Source: a virus
Lineage: Duplodnaviria; Caudoviricetes
Virus record (IMG/VR): IMGVR_UViG_3300022719_000113
Span: 1-28,159 of that record
Length of the DNA: 28,159 nucleotides
Reading direction: 5' to 3' (one strand)
The notes under the pieces were generated by a model. The model searched no databases and was not told the DNA's origin. It worked only from the letters and a program-made list of their open reading frames with translations. Shown here piece by piece: positions 25,361 through 28,159 of the stretch. Each line of letters begins with the position of its first letter. The stretch's first letter is position 1. Both the position numbers and the translations under genes were made by a program.

Positions 25361-27309
25361 CCGTCCATCCAGTTTGTTCGGGCGCCGACCCAGCTATTGC
25401 CGGGCGGTGCCGCCTTCGGTTTCGGTTTCTGTTTGCGCGCCGGGCGCAAATCAGCTATGCGAAGTATGTGCGCCAGCGCCGCATTCATCCACGCGGTGTC
25501 CAGAAAATGGTTGTGTTTGCTTACCTGAATCCAGCGCGTCTCGCCGTTTGCGGTCTGTACTTGCTGCTCGGCGACCAGTTCTTTCGCGTACTGGTCTGTC
25601 GTGTCGGTCGGCACGTTCCACGCGCCAGATTCGTCTGGCTCGAACTTGAGCCGGGCATGGACCCATGCCTTCCAGTGCGTGGTGTCACAGAACCAGAAAG
25701 CGTAACCCCGGCGACTGCCCTTGCTCACCTTGCGGCGCGCGTAGAGCTTAGCCGCCTTGTTCGCCCCTTTGATTGCGTGGGCGTTCGGATGACGTTCGCA
25801 GAATCGGTAGACCGGATCCGTACGGAACCCGCTATCAATGCCTACGGCGTAGATCGGCAGTCCCGCATATGGCTCCTGGATGAATTGCTCCAACCGCCGC
25901 CAAACATTCCGCCGGTCAGTGTCGCCGGCGAACTCGTCCGCCTCGATCAGCCATGACGTAAGCCCCTCACCCCAGCCGCGCAGCTCATATACGAGACGGT
26001 CTTCCTGCACGTCGACCGACATCAGCAGCGTATTGGCGCCCTCGGGAACCTCGCGAAGATTGTAGGGGCTGGCGCCCTGCTTGATCTCTTTCCACCCCGG
26101 CGCGTCACCAGTCACCCGGTAACACTCCCCGAACTGTGTATTGATCACCGTCTGCATCTTGTCGAAATCCTTCGACGCTGATGCCTCCAGCCACGCTGCG
26201 GCCCGCTCCCCGAATGTCCTGTCAGGGGACAGCAGACCCGACACCCAGAACGACCATTTGCGCGACGGTATCGGCTCACCGCGGACAGTGTCGTCCTCCA
26301 CCCACTGCCCTGGCGCAAGATACTGACTGTCGTTGATCATCTGAAAACGATGCTCGTCGGCGATCAAATGACCCTCCGGGCACTCGATGCAGGCAGTGTC
26401 CAGGGCTTCGTCGGGCGTGGCGCCATCCGGCCAGCGCAGACAATCGAATCGCGGCACGAACCAGGTGCCGCACTCCGGACACTGCGTCGCGCATTCATGG
26501 CGCGTGCCGCTCTGCCACTCCTGCCACGTGCTAGAGCCAACGTCGGCCGGCTCCGCCACCTTCCAGCGCCGCAGCCCGTGCTCGTCTTCCTCGGTCTCGA
26601 TCATCCCTATCGTCGGCGTCGAACTGACGAGGACCGTGGCGTCCGGCCACTTTGTCGTGCGCGCCCTGACCATACCCAGCTGCGAGCCCTCGCCCTTGAT
26701 TGGCTTCATGCGGTCCAGCTCATCCACTACTGCACGGCCCACGCTGTCGGACGACATCTCGGTCGCAGAGCCGGAATGCGCAAGCCGCAACTTGACGCCG
26801 GCGATCACCTTGCAGGTCTTCGTGCTGGTCTTGCCCGCCACGTACTTTGAGTGAAGCGACCTGGTGTGGACGATCATCGCCATGATCCTCGGCTCGATCT
26901 GCTCGCGCAGGTTCGGCGCCGTTGGCCCTACGTACAGAATCGGTGTCGGGTCATCGTCCAGACTGTGCCCGATCCAGTTGAGCCCGATCTCCGTCTTGCC
27001 CTGCTGCGACCCCATCACCGCCACAACCTCGCGGACTGCCGGGTCTACCAACGCATCCAGTATCGGTATCACGTACGGCGTGCGACCACAGTCAAACGGC
27101 CCCGGAATCGCGCTTACGCTCGCCGGCAATACCCGGTGTTCGCGCGCCCACTGAGCGGGGCCTCGCTGTGGCGGGGCTCGCAGTACCGCCTCGGCGACCT
27201 CAAGTTGCCTGGAGAGATTCGCGGATCCTTCCGACCGTGTCAGCGAGTGTGTTTCGTACTCGGATACACTCTCGATCTGTGACTGCCTTGCACCCGCTTG
27301 GCGTACCAT
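25357..27309 (-). CDS. Terminase large subunit (lambda gpA family)
   Basis: RTPY, Walker A GSQQGKTE, Walker B VVDELD, SSTPT, CPECG Zn site, SVDVQ and NHFLD motifs. Start uncertain (27309 or 27342). Confidence 0.95.
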   Translation of the reverse strand: MVRQAGARQSQIESVSEYETHSLTRSEGSANLSRQLEVAEAVLRAPPQRGPAQWAREHRVLPASVSAIPGPFDCGRTPYVIPILDALVDPAVREVVAVMGSQQGKTEIGLNWIGHSLDDDPTPILYVGPTAPNLREQIEPRIMAMIVHTRSLHSKYVAGKTSTKTCKVIAGVKLRLAHSGSATEMSSDSVGRAVVDELDRMKPIKGEGSQLGMVRARTTKWPDATVLVSSTPTIGMIETEEDEHGLRRWKVAEPADVGSSTWQEWQSGTRHECATQCPECGTWFVPRFDCLRWPDGATPDEALDTACIECPEGHLIADEHRFQMINDSQYLAPGQWVEDDTVRGEPIPSRKWSFWVSGLLSPDRTFGERAAAWLEASASKDFDKMQTVINTQFGECYRVTGDAPGWKEIKQGASPYNLREVPEGANTLLMSVDVQEDRLVYELRGWGEGLTSWLIEADEFAGDTDRRNVWRRLEQFIQEPYAGLPIYAVGIDSGFRTDPVYRFCERHPNAHAIKGANKAAKLYARRKVSKGSRRGYAFWFCDTTHWKAWVHARLKFEPDESGAWNVPTDTTDQYAKELVAEQQVQTANGETRWIQVSKHNHFLDTAWMNAALAHILRIADLRPARKQKPKPKAAPPGNSWVGARTNWMDG

Positions 27310-27630
27310 CGTCGGCTTGTTCCTGGCATGTCCGCGCACCAATGCTCTTGAGCTCGTTGGCGGTTTCGGCCGCGAGCTCGGTCACCACCTCCAGCACCTG
27401 GTCGGTGTGGCACAGGTGGCCGCGTTCGCGCTCGTTCTCGATCTCCTGCTTGTCCGCCTGCTCCTTCGTCAGACGCAGGCGCTCGGAGTCGTACGTGATC
27501 TCCTTGCCACCGCCGGTCGCCTTATGTACGGCGCGATCTATCATCCACCGTACCGCTTTCGCCGCGTCGATTCTATGGCCCTGCTTTGTGGTTCCCCTCT
27601 CCGCAGGCATGCCGTCGGCGATCCACTGCC
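27200..27630 (-). CDS. Terminase small subunit (Nu1-like), N-terminus lost at a chimeric junction
   Basis: [17 protein letters not shown] wHTH end and [22 protein letters not shown] coiled coil; overlaps TerL. Confidence 0.85.
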
Positions 27631-27961
27631 TGAACCCGCTGCGGACCATCGGCCGCTTGATCCGCCGGTCGCCGTAGAACCGCCGCACCAGCGCCAGGCC
27701 CTTCTGGCAGCAGCGCGGGTCCCAGCGGCGGCTCGCCTGGTTGCCGGCCAGGTCGGTCGCCTTGCTGTAGCCGTAGGTCGGCGAGATCCGGGTGACGACG
27801 CCGTTCTTGACGTGCCCCCACATGATGCAGTTGTGGGTGTCGTTCGGGGCGCAGGTGAACGTGAACTTCGAGTCGCTCGCGTAGAGGTCGCGGTAGACCT
27901 TCTCCCAGTCCCGGTTCGGGTAGTCCGCGAGCGGGTTGTCGATCGACACGGCCTGGAGGAG
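27611..27961 (-). other. Fragment of an NXR/NarG-like (DMSO reductase type II) molybdoenzyme alpha subunit
   Basis: [26 protein letters not shown] Fe-S motif and PRCCQKG..RRFYG..PMVR..QWIADG; essentially all codons end in G/C, unlike the phage genes. Confidence 0.8.
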
Positions 27962-28065
27962 GTCCGTGTCGCCGAGCGCGAAGTAGGCGACGGCGAGCTC
28001 GTGCTCCTCCTCGCGGGAGCGCAACGGGTAGCGCTGGGCGTCGCGCATGTAGACCGCGAGCGAGA
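27962..28065 (-). other. Fragment of sigma-70 family (RpoH-like) region 1.2
   Basis: [28 protein letters not shown] matches the Y(L/M)xxxxxxPLL(S/T)xEEExELA consensus. Confidence 0.65.
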
Positions 28066-28159
28066 TCGCCCGCGAGCGCTGCCATTGCCCGTCCCCGTCC
28101 TGCCGGCTGAAGAAATTTAGGAGCTGGGGCGGCGACTGGTAGCCGTCCCGCACCGAAAG

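Larger units (their letters stand above)
1..27630. mobile_element. Partial lambda-like tailed phage / prophage genome
   Basis: Contiguous, mostly ATGA/GTGA-coupled phage recombination, replication, nin, head and tail genes. No integrase or att site is visible and both ends are truncated. Confidence 0.95.

Noticed and set aside
27611-27961. Phage auxiliary metabolic gene for nitrite oxidation or nitrate reduction
   Set aside because: Only about 115 aa of a normally >1000-aa enzyme, with foreign codon usage, flanked by other unrelated fragments at the sequence end.
9127-28120. Many long plus-strand ORFs (e.g. 22136..23416, 23737..24741, 11252..12229, 13590..14480)
   Set aside because: Antisense shadows of well-supported GC-rich minus-strand genes, with no motifs of their own.
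1-28159. tRNA, rRNA, integrase/att, lysis cassette, IS elements
   Set aside because: None recognisable by eye; they may lie outside the window. tRNAscan and Infernal were not run.

Overview
Nearly the whole window (about 1-27630) is a partial genome of a GC-rich, lambda-like tailed phage (siphovirus-type) or prophage. The leftward early arm encodes a YqaJ/lambda-type exonuclease and an ERF annealing protein. A compact divergent switch follows, with a leaderless Cro-like gene and no CI. The rightward block encodes an O-like initiator with internal iterons, a P-like loader, NinB, DUF1364, VRR-NUC and a Q-like protein. A separately promoted accessory operon (6176-8976) comes next. The morphogenesis module lies on the minus strand: terminase, portal, ClpP-capsid fusion, neck and tail genes, tape measure and unusual tail-tip proteins. 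No integrase, CI or lysis genes are visible. The best candidate for a novel system is the accessory operon: an acidic small protein, a DHH protein whose motifs resemble NrN (the SAM-AMP phosphodiesterase of CorA-linked type III CRISPR systems) and a KorA/TrfB-like HTH regulator. It may be an anti-defence cassette. The last ~550 bp are in-frame fragments of cellular genes (an NXR-like molybdoenzyme and sigma-70 region 1.2) joined to the terminase small subunit, most likely an assembly chimera. All family assignments come from motif recognition by eye, not from database searches.
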